The notes under the pieces are model-generated. The model did not search any database. It saw nothing but the letters and a program-made list of their open reading frames with translations, and had not been told where the DNA came from. A stretch of 48,652 nt of DNA from Fusobacterium sp. (GTDB lineage Bacteria; Fusobacteriota; Fusobacteriia; Fusobacteriales; Fusobacteriaceae). Positions 8,860-18,696 of the stretch are shown here, one piece after another. Location: positions 1 to 48,652 of the forward strand of contig JAHHSZ010000001.1 in NCBI GenBank assembly GCA_020024915.1, read 5' to 3'. A program made the translations under genes and the position numbers. How positions within the stretch are numbered: the stretch's first letter is position 1; every line of letters begins with the position of its first letter.

Positions 8860-9944
8860 AAATACTTCATATAATAACATCTTTGGAACTTGGTGGAGCA
8901 GAGAAACTTCTTACTGATCTAGTTCCCTTTCAAAAGAATAAAGGGCATTTTGTCAAAGTTTTAATACTCAGTGATAAGGGGACTGTTTTTAAAAAGACTC
9001 TTGAAAATAAAGGAGTTGAGGTTCTAGTATGTAAAAGTAACTCCATTAAATCTTTTAAAAATATCTTTCACATTCTTAGGGAGATAAAGAGAGAAAACTA
9101 TGATATTGTTCATACTCATTTAGTACATGCTCAATATTGGACAAGACTAGCTAAACTTTTTGATACTAAGAAGAGAAAATATATCACAACTGAACACAGC
9201 ACCTCAAATAGGAGAAGAGAGTCTAAGCTTATGCAGTTTATTGACAAATTTATATTTAAGGGCTTTGATAAAATTGTGAGTATCTCTGAAGCTACTGAAA
9301 AAAGTTTAAAAGAGTGGTTAGAGATATCTGATGATAGATTTGAAATAATATATAATGGAATTGATCTTACAGAGTTTAAAAACTCACTACCATATGAAAA
9401 GATTGAGTTAGGAGTTAAAAATGAGGACTATCTTTTAATGATGGTTTCAAGATTCCATGAATCAAAAAATCAAAAGGGAGTTATTGAAGCTCTAAAATGG
9501 TTACCTGTTAAGTATAAACTTGTTCTTGTAGGTGATGGAAAACTTGAGAATGATGTAAAAGAGTATTGTGAGAAAAATAATCTTTCAAATAGAGTTAAAT
9601 TTTTAGGCTTGAGAAGAGATATTCCAAAATTACTAAAAACTGCTGATATTGTTATTCAATACTCTTTCTTTGAAGGGTTTGGAATAACTGCAGTAGAGGC
9701 TATGGCTTCTGGAAAACCTGTTATAACTAGTGATGTTCCAGGTTTGAGACAAGTGGTTGAGAATGCTGGTTATCTAGTGAGTATAGATGATTCAAAAGAG
9801 TTGGCTAAGGCTATTTTAGCTCTTAGAGTTGAAAATAATTATGAAATAATAAGTAAAAAATGTTTAGAAAAGAGTGAAAACTATACTATTGAATCTTGTG
9901 CTAATAATTATTTAACACTTTATAAAAAGGAGATAGAGAGATGA
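8856..9944 (+). CDS. GT4 family glycosyltransferase
   Basis: KILHIITSLELGGAE, VHTH, EGFGITAVEAMASGKPVI; TTG start after AGGAGG. Confidence 0.9.
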   Translation: MKILHIITSLELGGAEKLLTDLVPFQKNKGHFVKVLILSDKGTVFKKTLENKGVEVLVCKSNSIKSFKNIFHILREIKRENYDIVHTHLVHAQYWTRLAKLFDTKKRKYITTEHSTSNRRRESKLMQFIDKFIFKGFDKIVSISEATEKSLKEWLEISDDRFEIIYNGIDLTEFKNSLPYEKIELGVKNEDYLLMMVSRFHESKNQKGVIEALKWLPVKYKLVLVGDGKLENDVKEYCEKNNLSNRVKFLGLRRDIPKLLKTADIVIQYSFFEGFGITAVEAMASGKPVITSDVPGLRQVVENAGYLVSIDDSKELAKAILALRVENNYEIISKKCLEKSENYTIESCANNYLTLYKKEIER

Positions 9945-11125
9945 TAGCTTATTTTGGAATATTGTTATTTTTAGATGTGGGTGTTGCAATAGAACAAATT
10001 AATCACAATAAAAGGTGGAGAGAAAATTACTTTATACTCTCTCTTTTCCTTTTAGTTTTATTCTTTGGATTGAGAGGATATATAGGCTATGACTGGTTTT
10101 CATATAAGCCCAACTTTGATAATGTTCAAAATATTATGGAGATTATCAAAGGAGATAGAAGATCTCTTGTTACTGGTTATGAGATTGGATTTCAAATATA
10201 TAATTCACTTATAAAATCTTTTACACAAAACTATTTTATATATAATCTAATTAACTCAGTAGTTGATATATCTATTTTGTATATTGTTATCAAAAGATAC
10301 TCTAAATTTCAATTGCTTACCCTCCTACTATTCTTTGGAATCTATGGTGTTGCTTTAGAGATTGATATGATTAGAAATTTTAAAAGTATTCTGCTCTTTT
10401 TACTCTCTATTGAGTATATTGAACAGAGAAACTTTCCTTTATTTCTACTTTTTAATATAGTTGGAATACTCTTTCATATTAGTTCAATTCTATATATACC
10501 TATGTATTTTATTCTAAATATCAAATGGAATAGAAATCTTATTCTATTACTATTCATTTTAGGTAATATTTACTATATCTCAAATACAAGGATATTTTTA
10601 ACTGTTATAAAAAATTACTATAACTATCTCCCTGCAGGAATAGGTACAAGATTAAATGGTTATTTTAATCTCATTCCTTTAGATTTTCCACTGGGATTTT
10701 CTCTCTATTATTTTGAAAGAATGGCTCTCTTTTTATTAGCTTGGCTAGTGTCAGATAGTTTAAAAAATAAGAGATATGGAAATATTATGTTAAACTCTAT
10801 GTATATTTCAATATTTTTCTTTCTATATTTTTCTGAGTTTTCTATAATTTCAATGAGATTTAGTCTGCTCTTCATCTACTCATACTGGTTTATTATACCT
10901 ATGTTTTTAGAAATATTACCAAAATTCCCAGTAGTTATCTTTGCTCTTCTATTGGCACTATTTAGATTAAATAACCAAATTAATTTTATTGGAAGTCGTG
11001 AAGTCTACTCCTATCAAAATATCTTATTCAATGCTAAGGATTTGAATACTCAACTTGAAAAAATTAAATCTGCTAGTCAATTTAAGAACCTTGGTCACGG
11101 AAAAGAGATTTCACTACTATTTTAA
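9941..11125 (+). CDS. EpsG family (Wzy-like) polysaccharide polymerase
   Basis: Multi-TM protein with GLRGYIGYDW, YEIGF, IRN and FHISS motifs typical of EpsG. Confidence 0.8.
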   Translation: MIAYFGILLFLDVGVAIEQINHNKRWRENYFILSLFLLVLFFGLRGYIGYDWFSYKPNFDNVQNIMEIIKGDRRSLVTGYEIGFQIYNSLIKSFTQNYFIYNLINSVVDISILYIVIKRYSKFQLLTLLLFFGIYGVALEIDMIRNFKSILLFLLSIEYIEQRNFPLFLLFNIVGILFHISSILYIPMYFILNIKWNRNLILLLFILGNIYYISNTRIFLTVIKNYYNYLPAGIGTRLNGYFNLIPLDFPLGFSLYYFERMALFLLAWLVSDSLKNKRYGNIMLNSMYISIFFFLYFSEFSIISMRFSLLFIYSYWFIIPMFLEILPKFPVVIFALLLALFRLNNQINFIGSREVYSYQNILFNAKDLNTQLEKIKSASQFKNLGHGKEISLLF

Positions 11126-11136
11126 GGAGATAATTT

Positions 11137-12243
11137 ATGAAAATAATGTTTGTTGCTAACTATATGTGGGATATCTACATATTTAGAGCTGGAGTTTTAA
11201 AAGCTTTGGTAGAAGCTGGTCATGAGGTGGTAGCTGTAGCCCCTGATGATGGTAGAATTGATCTAGAAAAAATTATTCCAGGTTTGAGAACAATTTCTAT
11301 TAAACTTAATAAAAGGGGGATAAATCCAATTGAAGATATTAAACTTATTAAAGATCTATATCTATTATATAAAAAGGAGAGACCTGATTTAATCTTTCAC
11401 TATACTATTAAACCTAATATCTATGGAAGTATTGCTGCTAAGCTATCTAAATGCAACTCCATTGCAATATTAACTGGTTTAGGATATTCATTTGTACAAA
11501 AAAGTTTAGTTTCAAAGATAGCTATATCTCTCTATAAGTTTAGTTTGAGATTTTCTAAAGAGATATGGGTACTCAACAGAGATGATAAAGATACTCTTAT
11601 CTCTAAAGGAATAGGCTCTGAAAATAAGATATTTATCCTTCCTGGAGAGGGAATTGATTGTGATAGATTTAAACCATTAAAAAAGGACAGAGATGATCAA
11701 AAGGTAGTATTTCTAATGGTGGCTCGTGCTTTTATTGATAAAGGATTTAAGGAGTATGAAGAAAGTGCCAGAAGAATTAGAGCTAAGTATGGAGATCAAG
11801 TTGAATTTTGGTATTTAGGAGCTTTAGGGGAGAATGCTGTTTCTGGAATTACTAAAGAATATATGGACTCCCTCGTTCATGAAGGAACTCTTAACTATTT
11901 GGGAATCACTGATAAACCTGAATTGATAATAAAAGAGTGTGATGCTATTGTCCTTCCCTCTTATAGAGAGGGAATCTCTAAAACTTTACTTGAAGGAGCT
12001 GCTATGGGAAAAGCTATTATTGCTTCTAATGTAACTGGTTGTAAAGAGATTGTTAATGATAATATCTCTGGTTATCTTGCTCAGGTAAAAAATGTAGATG
12101 AGCTTGTTGAAAAAATGGAAAAATTCATCTCTTTAACAGATGATGAAAGGTATAAAATGGGAATTTTAGGTAGAGAAAAAGTACTTCATGAGTTTGATGA
12201 AAAGATAATTATTGATATTTACAAAGAAAAGATAGAATTATAA
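11137..12243 (+). CDS. GT4 glycosyltransferase (CapM/PglA-like)
   Basis: HYTIKPNIYG, TGLG, PGEGID, LPSYREGISKTLLEGAAMG. Confidence 0.9.
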   Translation: MKIMFVANYMWDIYIFRAGVLKALVEAGHEVVAVAPDDGRIDLEKIIPGLRTISIKLNKRGINPIEDIKLIKDLYLLYKKERPDLIFHYTIKPNIYGSIAAKLSKCNSIAILTGLGYSFVQKSLVSKIAISLYKFSLRFSKEIWVLNRDDKDTLISKGIGSENKIFILPGEGIDCDRFKPLKKDRDDQKVVFLMVARAFIDKGFKEYEESARRIRAKYGDQVEFWYLGALGENAVSGITKEYMDSLVHEGTLNYLGITDKPELIIKECDAIVLPSYREGISKTLLEGAAMGKAIIASNVTGCKEIVNDNISGYLAQVKNVDELVEKMEKFISLTDDERYKMGILGREKVLHEFDEKIIIDIYKEKIEL

Positions 12244-12257
12244 GGAGAGTATAGAGT

Positions 12258-13250
12258 ATGATAGATTTAAGTATTATAGTTCCCATATATAACGTTGAGG
12301 AATATTTGGCAGAGTGCTTGAAAAGTCTATATAAGATAAGGTCTCTAAAATATGAGGTCATCTTAGTCAATGATGGATCTAAAGATAATAGTTTTAAGAT
12401 TATGGAAGAGTTCAAAAATCTATATCCTAATAAAACAGTAATAGTTAATAAAAAAAATGGTGGACTCTCTTCAGCTAGAAATGCTGGTCTTAAAGTTGCT
12501 AAAGGAAGGTATATATCTTTTATTGACAGTGATGATTTTATTGATACTGATGAGTTCGAAAAATTTGTTATTAAAGGAATTAAAGGAAGATTGGATATTG
12601 TTGTAGGTAATATGAGATACTATATTCCCGGAAAAATAGGGGAGCCTCTATTTAGATCTAAAAAAATTAAAGATTTGGAAACTACTGATGGAGTAAATTT
12701 CCTATGGAATCTATTTCAAGCACCTAAATGTTATAGAGAAGAGGTTGTTGATGATATATATAGAAGAGATTTTCTACTGAAAAACAATCTTTTCTTCAAT
12801 GAAGAAATTGTTCACGAAGACAGTGAATTCACAACTTTGGCTTATCTTAAAGCAAAAAAAGTAAAATATATTGATAAAGCTTTCTACTTCTATCGTCAAA
12901 GAGAGGGAAGTATAATGAATAAAGTTTCTGAAAAAAGTATTGTCTCTCTTGAAAAAATCTGTGAAAAACTTTTTTTAGAATGTAAAAATATAGAGAGTAA
13001 AAATGGAAAAGAGGTTTTAGCTAATCTAATCCTTAGCTTTTACTCTACAGTTGTGTATAAAAGATACAATGGAAATAATGACTATCAAAGAGTTTATAGA
13101 AGATATAAAGAATTATATAAAGAACTAAAAAAATACACTAAAGCTAATTTTGAACAAAACTTACTCTCTTTCTCCATCTTTATTCCAAACACTCTTAGAA
13201 AACTTTTAGGTAAAGAGATTAGTAATGTACAGAAAGTTCCTAAATTTTAA
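12258..13250 (+). CDS. GT2 family glycosyltransferase
   Basis: SIIVPIYNVEEYL, VNDGSKD, NGGLSSARNAG, FIDSDD, HED, YRQREGSI. Confidence 0.92.
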   Translation: MIDLSIIVPIYNVEEYLAECLKSLYKIRSLKYEVILVNDGSKDNSFKIMEEFKNLYPNKTVIVNKKNGGLSSARNAGLKVAKGRYISFIDSDDFIDTDEFEKFVIKGIKGRLDIVVGNMRYYIPGKIGEPLFRSKKIKDLETTDGVNFLWNLFQAPKCYREEVVDDIYRRDFLLKNNLFFNEEIVHEDSEFTTLAYLKAKKVKYIDKAFYFYRQREGSIMNKVSEKSIVSLEKICEKLFLECKNIESKNGKEVLANLILSFYSTVVYKRYNGNNDYQRVYRRYKELYKELKKYTKANFEQNLLSFSIFIPNTLRKLLGKEISNVQKVPKF

Positions 13251-13270
13251 GTAACTATCCAAATTATTAT

Positions 13271-13350
13271 AAAAAGAAGTTGATTAACTGGGGCTCTTCT
13301 CACTACTACAACATTGTAATATGTTACTAACTAAGTTAATCTAACTTCTC
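13271..13350. terminator. Long-loop inverted repeat between convergent genes, possible bidirectional terminator
   Basis: AGAAGTTGATTAACT (13275-13289) pairs with AGTTAATCTAACTTCT (13334-13349), with one bulge. Confidence 0.5.
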
Positions 13351-13368
13351 TCTAAAAAATTTCTATAG

Positions 13369-14253
13369 TTATTTTAACATCTCATAGTTAGTGGCAACCA
13401 TTGGAACTTTCAAAACATCTAACATTCTCTCCAAAAGCACGCCCTCTTTACTTGGATAATTAAATCCATAACTTGCCATAATACACTGCGTTATGAACTG
13501 TACTCCCCTTTCTATAGCTATTGGCAAACTATCTCCTTGCAACAAGCTTCCTATTACTACACTTGTATATGCGTCTCCTGTTCCTGGATAAGATGCTGGG
13601 ATATATTTACAGCTCACTCTCCAAAATAGATCATTCTCTCTATCATAAGCTACTACACTTGTCTTCCTATCAATCTCACTACTTGTAGTATCTGGAACAC
13701 TTGTTGCTATAACTATTTTAGGTCCCATCTCTGACAACTCTTTTATGTATTTTTTAATTTTTTCCTCTGTTGTATCCTCTTTATAATCTTTACCTAATAA
13801 ATACATAACCTCAGTGAAGTTTGGAGTGATTATATCAGCTTTTTTTATTAAGCTTCTCATTCCATTTACCATCTCTTCACCCATAGTCTTATATAGTTTA
13901 CCATCATCTCCCATCACAGGATCTACAACAGTAAATTTTGCTTTTTTTCCAAAATAATCAATAAAATCTTTAACTATCTCAATCTGTTTAGATGAACCTA
14001 AAAAACCTGAATATATACAATCAAATTCCAAATCCAATTTTTTCCAGTGGTTTATATGCTCCTGCATATACTCAGTTAAATCTATAAAACTATACCCTTC
14101 AAATCCTCCAGTATGTGTTGATAGTATTGCTGTTGGTACTGGACATACCTGAACTTTCATATTTGATAAGATCGGGATTATTGTAGTAAGAGATGCTCTT
14201 CCATATCCTGATAGGTCGTGTATTGCTGCTACTTTTTTCACTAAATGCTCCAT
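13369..14253 (-). CDS. pdxK: Pyridoxal/pyridoxamine kinase
   Basis: IHDLSGYGRASL, PTAILSTHTG, YSGFLG, VDPVMGD, ITPNFTE, GTGDAY. Confidence 0.88.
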   Translation of the reverse strand: MEHLVKKVAAIHDLSGYGRASLTTIIPILSNMKVQVCPVPTAILSTHTGGFEGYSFIDLTEYMQEHINHWKKLDLEFDCIYSGFLGSSKQIEIVKDFIDYFGKKAKFTVVDPVMGDDGKLYKTMGEEMVNGMRSLIKKADIITPNFTEVMYLLGKDYKEDTTEEKIKKYIKELSEMGPKIVIATSVPDTTSSEIDRKTSVVAYDRENDLFWRVSCKYIPASYPGTGDAYTSVVIGSLLQGDSLPIAIERGVQFITQCIMASYGFNYPSKEGVLLERMLDVLKVPMVATNYEMLK

Positions 14254-14318
14254 TTTTCCACCTCACTTTTATTTTCATATATAATCTAACATATTTCTCA
14301 TTTTTAATCAACCTTAGA

Positions 14319-14810
14319 TTAATTTATCTCTCTTTCTCTCACTATATTTCCCTCTATATCATACCACTTCCAACTTCCTACCATATTGTTTTTTCTATAA
14401 TTTCCTATCATCTCAAGCTTTCCATTCTCATAATATCTTCTTTTTTCTCCATCAAACTTTCCATTTTTATAGTTTTCTACTACTAACCTCTGCCCGTTGA
14501 TAGAGTAACTTCTACTCTCACCATCCAATTTCCCACACAGATAGTGAGTCTCTGTTTTAATTAAACCATTAGAATAATATGTAATTTTTACTCCATCTAA
14601 CTGATTTTTTTTATAACTACTTTTTGAAATTACTATCTCATTCTCATATATAGAGGAAATTCCATCTAACATATCATCTTTATACTCCAAGCTTTCAATT
14701 AACTTTCCCTCTTTATATTTCCTCAGTACTCCCTGTTTCCAATTGTTTTCATCTAAATAGTATTCATAGGTGAAACCTCTAATCTCTTCAACTACTCTCT
14801 TTATACTCAT
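14319..14810 (-). CDS. MORN2-repeat (YwqK-like) protein
   Basis: Repeated Y-K-x-G-x-L-D-G...Y-Y-x-N-G units of ~24 aa. Confidence 0.85.
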   Translation of the reverse strand: MSIKRVVEEIRGFTYEYYLDENNWKQGVLRKYKEGKLIESLEYKDDMLDGISSIYENEIVISKSSYKKNQLDGVKITYYSNGLIKTETHYLCGKLDGESRSYSINGQRLVVENYKNGKFDGEKRRYYENGKLEMIGNYRKNNMVGSWKWYDIEGNIVREREIN

Positions 14811-14823
14811 TCTATCTCCTCAT

Positions 14824-14862
14824 AAAGAAAAGAGGAAATTTCCCTAAGGTGATTTCCTCTTT
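14824..14862 (-). terminator. Intrinsic terminator after pepV
   Basis: AAAGAGGAAATT...GATTTCCTCTTT hairpin. Confidence 0.75.
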
Positions 14863-14879
14863 AATTTTTTATTAATCTC

Positions 14880-16262
14880 TTATTTAGCTAATTGATAAAT
14901 AGCCTCTACATATATTTTTAGGAGAGTATCTATTTTATCTATCTCAAGATATTCATTTTTCTGATGCATATTATCCACTTGTGATGATAATAGTGCTCCA
15001 AAAGCTACTCCATTAGTTACACATCTTGCATATGTTCCCCCACCAATTGCTATTGGTTGACTCTCCACATCTCCTGTAACATCTTTATAGACATTCATAA
15101 GTGTTGAAACTAGGAAACTATCCTTAGCCACATATAGAGGAGCTGTGTCTCCTGCTACTTCCACTTCCATAAATTTAGATGCTCTCTCCTTTATGATCTC
15201 AATAATCTTTTTATTTTCTACTTTAACAGGACATCTTATATCTATACAGATCTCTAGAACTCCATCTTTAAGAGTAGTTTTTCCTACGTTTAGAGTCAAC
15301 TTTCCACTCTCATCATCTTCAAAATTCACTCCTAAAGATTTTCCATCCATATCCATCTTGATATAAGTATTAAAAAATTCTACTAATGACTTAAGCTCTT
15401 CATTTTTAATCTTAATTTCTCTTAAAAATTCAAATAGAGCAGAAACGGAGTTATAACCTAAATATGGTTTTGAAGCGTGTGCTGATTTACCATAAGAGTT
15501 AATATGATAATTTCCATTTTTTTTCTCACAACTTATCTTATACTCTCCATTTTTATTATATACTGCTAAACACTCCTCCACACTCTCTAAATAATCCATA
15601 GGTATAGTTAATTCACATCTTTCTGGGACAGAGTTAAATGCATTTCCTCCACTTAGTGAAACATTGTCTAATGTTGAATAGTTATTTTTTAATCTCATAC
15701 GTACAATACCTTTCTCAGCAAATGTAACAGGGAAGTTTGAATCTGGTGTAAAAGCTAGTGTTGGTTGTGGCATCTTTAAAGTTCCAAAATAGTGTTTCAT
15801 ACACTTACTTCCACTTTCTTCATTAGATCCTAATATCATTCTTACTCTCTTATTTAATTTTATTCCTGAATCTTTTATAGCTTTCATTGCATATAGACAA
15901 ATAGTTGAAGGACCTTTGTCATCTAAAGTTCCTCTTCCATAGATTCTTCCATCTACTAGAGCTCCACTATATGGTGGGTAATCCCACCCCTCTCCCTCTG
16001 GAACTACATCAACATGCCCTAATATCCCTAAGACCTCTTCTCCCTCTCCAAACTCAATTGTTGCAACATAATTATCATAATTAATAACTTCAAACCCCAT
16101 ATTTTTTCCCAACTCAACAAAATAGTTTAAAGCTTTTGCTGGTCCCTCACCAAATGGCATTCCTGCCTTTGCTTCTTCCATTACACTCTTAATTTGAATA
16201 GCTCCTTGAATGCTCTTTATAACTTCATCTTTGTATACTAATACTTTCTCTTGTAAACTCAT
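14880..16262 (-). CDS. pepV: M20 dipeptidase (PepV/Sapep family)
   Basis: LGHVDVVP, GRGTLDDKGP, NEESG, AEKG, HAS, GGGTYAR, MHQKNE; ATG 16262 follows RBS GGAGGG. Confidence 0.9.
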   Translation of the reverse strand: MSLQEKVLVYKDEVIKSIQGAIQIKSVMEEAKAGMPFGEGPAKALNYFVELGKNMGFEVINYDNYVATIEFGEGEEVLGILGHVDVVPEGEGWDYPPYSGALVDGRIYGRGTLDDKGPSTICLYAMKAIKDSGIKLNKRVRMILGSNEESGSKCMKHYFGTLKMPQPTLAFTPDSNFPVTFAEKGIVRMRLKNNYSTLDNVSLSGGNAFNSVPERCELTIPMDYLESVEECLAVYNKNGEYKISCEKKNGNYHINSYGKSAHASKPYLGYNSVSALFEFLREIKIKNEELKSLVEFFNTYIKMDMDGKSLGVNFEDDESGKLTLNVGKTTLKDGVLEICIDIRCPVKVENKKIIEIIKERASKFMEVEVAGDTAPLYVAKDSFLVSTLMNVYKDVTGDVESQPIAIGGGTYARCVTNGVAFGALLSSQVDNMHQKNEYLEIDKIDTLLKIYVEAIYQLAK

Positions 16263-16291
16263 TTTTCCCTCCATTGTATTAATAATCTATT

Positions 16292-17011
16292 TTAAAAAAC
16301 TTCACTTCCCAATTCATTTTGTAACTCTCTATATTTAAAAAATAAAAATCTCACATACTCGTACTCAAAAGGTGATCCTGTTTGATAATATTCAAACTGT
16401 ACATTAGCTCTAGTATTCACTGCTGAAAGTGTTGTTACACCTACACTATTTAGTTCATCTAAATCACTTGTCTTATAGATTGCTCCTCTTCCAAAAGTAT
16501 CCACTCCCTTACCAAAAGCATCTCTTACAAAACTTGGACCCAAAATAGGTAGAACTAAGTATGGTCCCTTTCCAATTCCATAACGAGCCAATGTTAATCC
16601 AAAATCCTCATATGGCTTGGGCATTCCTAATGATGAACCCACATCCACTAAACCACCAAAACCTAAAGCTGTATTTATAGTAAATCTTCCTATGGCTCTC
16701 ATTGCTTTTCCTATCTTAAACTGCAAGAGTGAGTTACTTGTTACAGAGATATAATCTGCATTCTCAAAGAAATTTTTAACTCCTGTTTTAATTGGTTTTG
16801 GTGTCACTGTCTTATAAAACCTCACTGTTGGTAAAAATATATATTTATCAAATTGATAGTTGAAGTAGTATATTCTCCTATTCAATGGCTCAAATGGATC
16901 ATACACTTCAAAATATTTAAATGATTCTTTACTATTTTTCTCCAATGCTTGAGCAAAGCTTGTAAAGGATAGAAGTAAAAGTATAATCACTAATATCTTA
17001 CTAAATCTCAT
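16292..17011 (-). CDS. mlaA: MlaA/VacJ family protein (MlaZ-like)
   Basis: DPFEPLNRRIYYFN, RFTINT, GFGGLVD, EDFGLTL, GPYLVLPILGPSFVRD. Confidence 0.9.
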   Translation of the reverse strand: MRFSKILVIILLLLSFTSFAQALEKNSKESFKYFEVYDPFEPLNRRIYYFNYQFDKYIFLPTVRFYKTVTPKPIKTGVKNFFENADYISVTSNSLLQFKIGKAMRAIGRFTINTALGFGGLVDVGSSLGMPKPYEDFGLTLARYGIGKGPYLVLPILGPSFVRDAFGKGVDTFGRGAIYKTSDLDELNSVGVTTLSAVNTRANVQFEYYQTGSPFEYEYVRFLFFKYRELQNELGSEVF

Positions 17012-18275
17012 GACTTAACTCCCCCTTTTCTAAAAACTCTAACATTATTTTTACATTTGTACTAAAAAACATATTTCCACAATGTCCACCATATGGATAG
17101 ATTAGTAATCTATTTCCAAAAGTTGACTCAAGAAATTTAAAATCACTCTCATCTAAAATCAACTCATCTGCATTTGTTACCACTGCTATTTTTGAACTAT
17201 TTTTTAAATAATTCTCTATATTATTCAATCTAGATCTCTCTGCCAATTGCTCTAACTTCAGATCTTTACCTAATTTTTCACGATAATATGGAAGTGCAAC
17301 CCTATTTATATACTCATTAAAAGTTGCAAAATTTATTTTCTCAAAATATCTAAACATTGGTGTAAACTTTTCAACTGGCTCCTTCACATAAACTTTTCTA
17401 TTATTTATCACATCGGTGATATAGTTTAAATCAATAGATGTCAATCTAAAAGCTCCTCCTATTAACTCTTGCATCTCTTTATTAGTTAATTTATTTTTAG
17501 AAAATAACTTGTAGATAGTCTCTATATCTATTGAAGTATACTCAGGTAATGTACTACTTACTACTGTATCTATAATCTTTTCTATCAAGCCACCTATTTT
17601 TTCAGCTCTCTCATTTTCAGGAAAATCTAGATAGCTATCCAATTTTAAGGCAGAATTATAGAGATTTACTGCTGGATTAATCATAAATACCCTTTTGAAA
17701 TTAAACTCTTTTTCCGACTCATCTATATATGATAATATTCCTGCTTCTGTTGCTCCTAAACTATAACCAACTACATAAAAGTCACTTATCTTTACTTTTT
17801 TAGATATTTTTTTATTAGTTTCTTTCATTATATTATAAATATCTTTTGAGTCTTCCATTATTAATCCAGGCATACGTGAGCTAGATCCATTAATAATAAA
17901 GTTATTATTCATTGGAGAAGAGATTGAAACAACATGATAACCTGCATCATAGAATATTCTCTGAAAATACTCCATTCTGATAGAGTTATGGGATGATCCT
18001 GTACCAGCCAATAAAAATATCAAAGGGGCCTCTGTCTTTTGTGATACCAATGAAAATTTAAAACCTTCATTATACCAAAACTCTTCACCTACTGCCTTTG
18101 TCCAAGGTAGCTTTATGCTATACTCTTTTCTTGGAATCTTTGTGCTCACTTCTTCAATCATTAAATTTGAACTTCCAAATATTGTTGCTATATTTGGATT
18201 ATGGAATGGATAATCATAACTTCCAAAAGAGAGCATAGATATAAATATATAAAATATTCCTGATAATTTCTTCAT
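17001..18275 (-). CDS. Exported alpha/beta-hydrolase, putative phospholipase (MlaY-like)
   Basis: Signal peptide; AGTG oxyanion region, GYSLG nucleophile elbow, NADE, GGHCGN; overlaps the mlaA start. ATG 18275 follows GGAGG. Confidence 0.75.
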   Translation of the reverse strand: MKKLSGIFYIFISMLSFGSYDYPFHNPNIATIFGSSNLMIEEVSTKIPRKEYSIKLPWTKAVGEEFWYNEGFKFSLVSQKTEAPLIFLLAGTGSSHNSIRMEYFQRIFYDAGYHVVSISSPMNNNFIINGSSSRMPGLIMEDSKDIYNIMKETNKKISKKVKISDFYVVGYSLGATEAGILSYIDESEKEFNFKRVFMINPAVNLYNSALKLDSYLDFPENERAEKIGGLIEKIIDTVVSSTLPEYTSIDIETIYKLFSKNKLTNKEMQELIGGAFRLTSIDLNYITDVINNRKVYVKEPVEKFTPMFRYFEKINFATFNEYINRVALPYYREKLGKDLKLEQLAERSRLNNIENYLKNSSKIAVVTNADELILDESDFKFLESTFGNRLLIYPYGGHCGNMFFSTNVKIMLEFLEKGELSHEI

Positions 18276-18368
18276 ATAATCCTCCAATTTTTAATCTGTA
18301 CTTTAATATTTTACTTCATAAATACTGTTTTTTCAATGAAAAAATAATTATTATGAAAAATGTAAATT

Positions 18369-18680
18369 TGAACTATATCCTGCCAAGTACTCAATTTAAT
18401 TATCAACATTTTTTCTTTTTCATTTATTGAGTTTTCTATATTCTTGAGGACTTCGCTCCCCTAGATTATAACCTTTCTTCATTGTAAAATTTTACATATG
18501 ATGATATAGCTTCTTCTAAAATTCTTCTAACTTTTCATATTTCTTTAAATAATATTTTTCTGTTTTTAAATTCCACCAAAATCCTTCCATTGGACTATTA
18601 TCTATACTTTTACCTACTCTTGACATACTATGAGTTAGTCTTAGTCTCTCTATTTCTTTTTTATACTCATATGATGTAAT
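18369..18680 (-). mobile_element. Degenerate IS3-family (IS150-like) element: 3' part of the OrfB transposase plus right end
   Basis: Minus strand reads TSYEYKKEIERLRLTHSMSRVGKSIDNSPMEGFWWNLKTE...(frameshift/stop)EAISSYVKFYNEERL...SPQEYR. The end sequence finishes in ...GGATATAGTTCA at 18369, as IS3 ends do. Confidence 0.88.
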
Positions 18681-18696
18681 AAGTTAAAGAATCAAA

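Noticed and set aside
17001..18275. 'Serine/threonine protein kinase' label often attached to this family
   Set aside because: No kinase motifs; it has alpha/beta-hydrolase GxSxG, Asp and His motifs.
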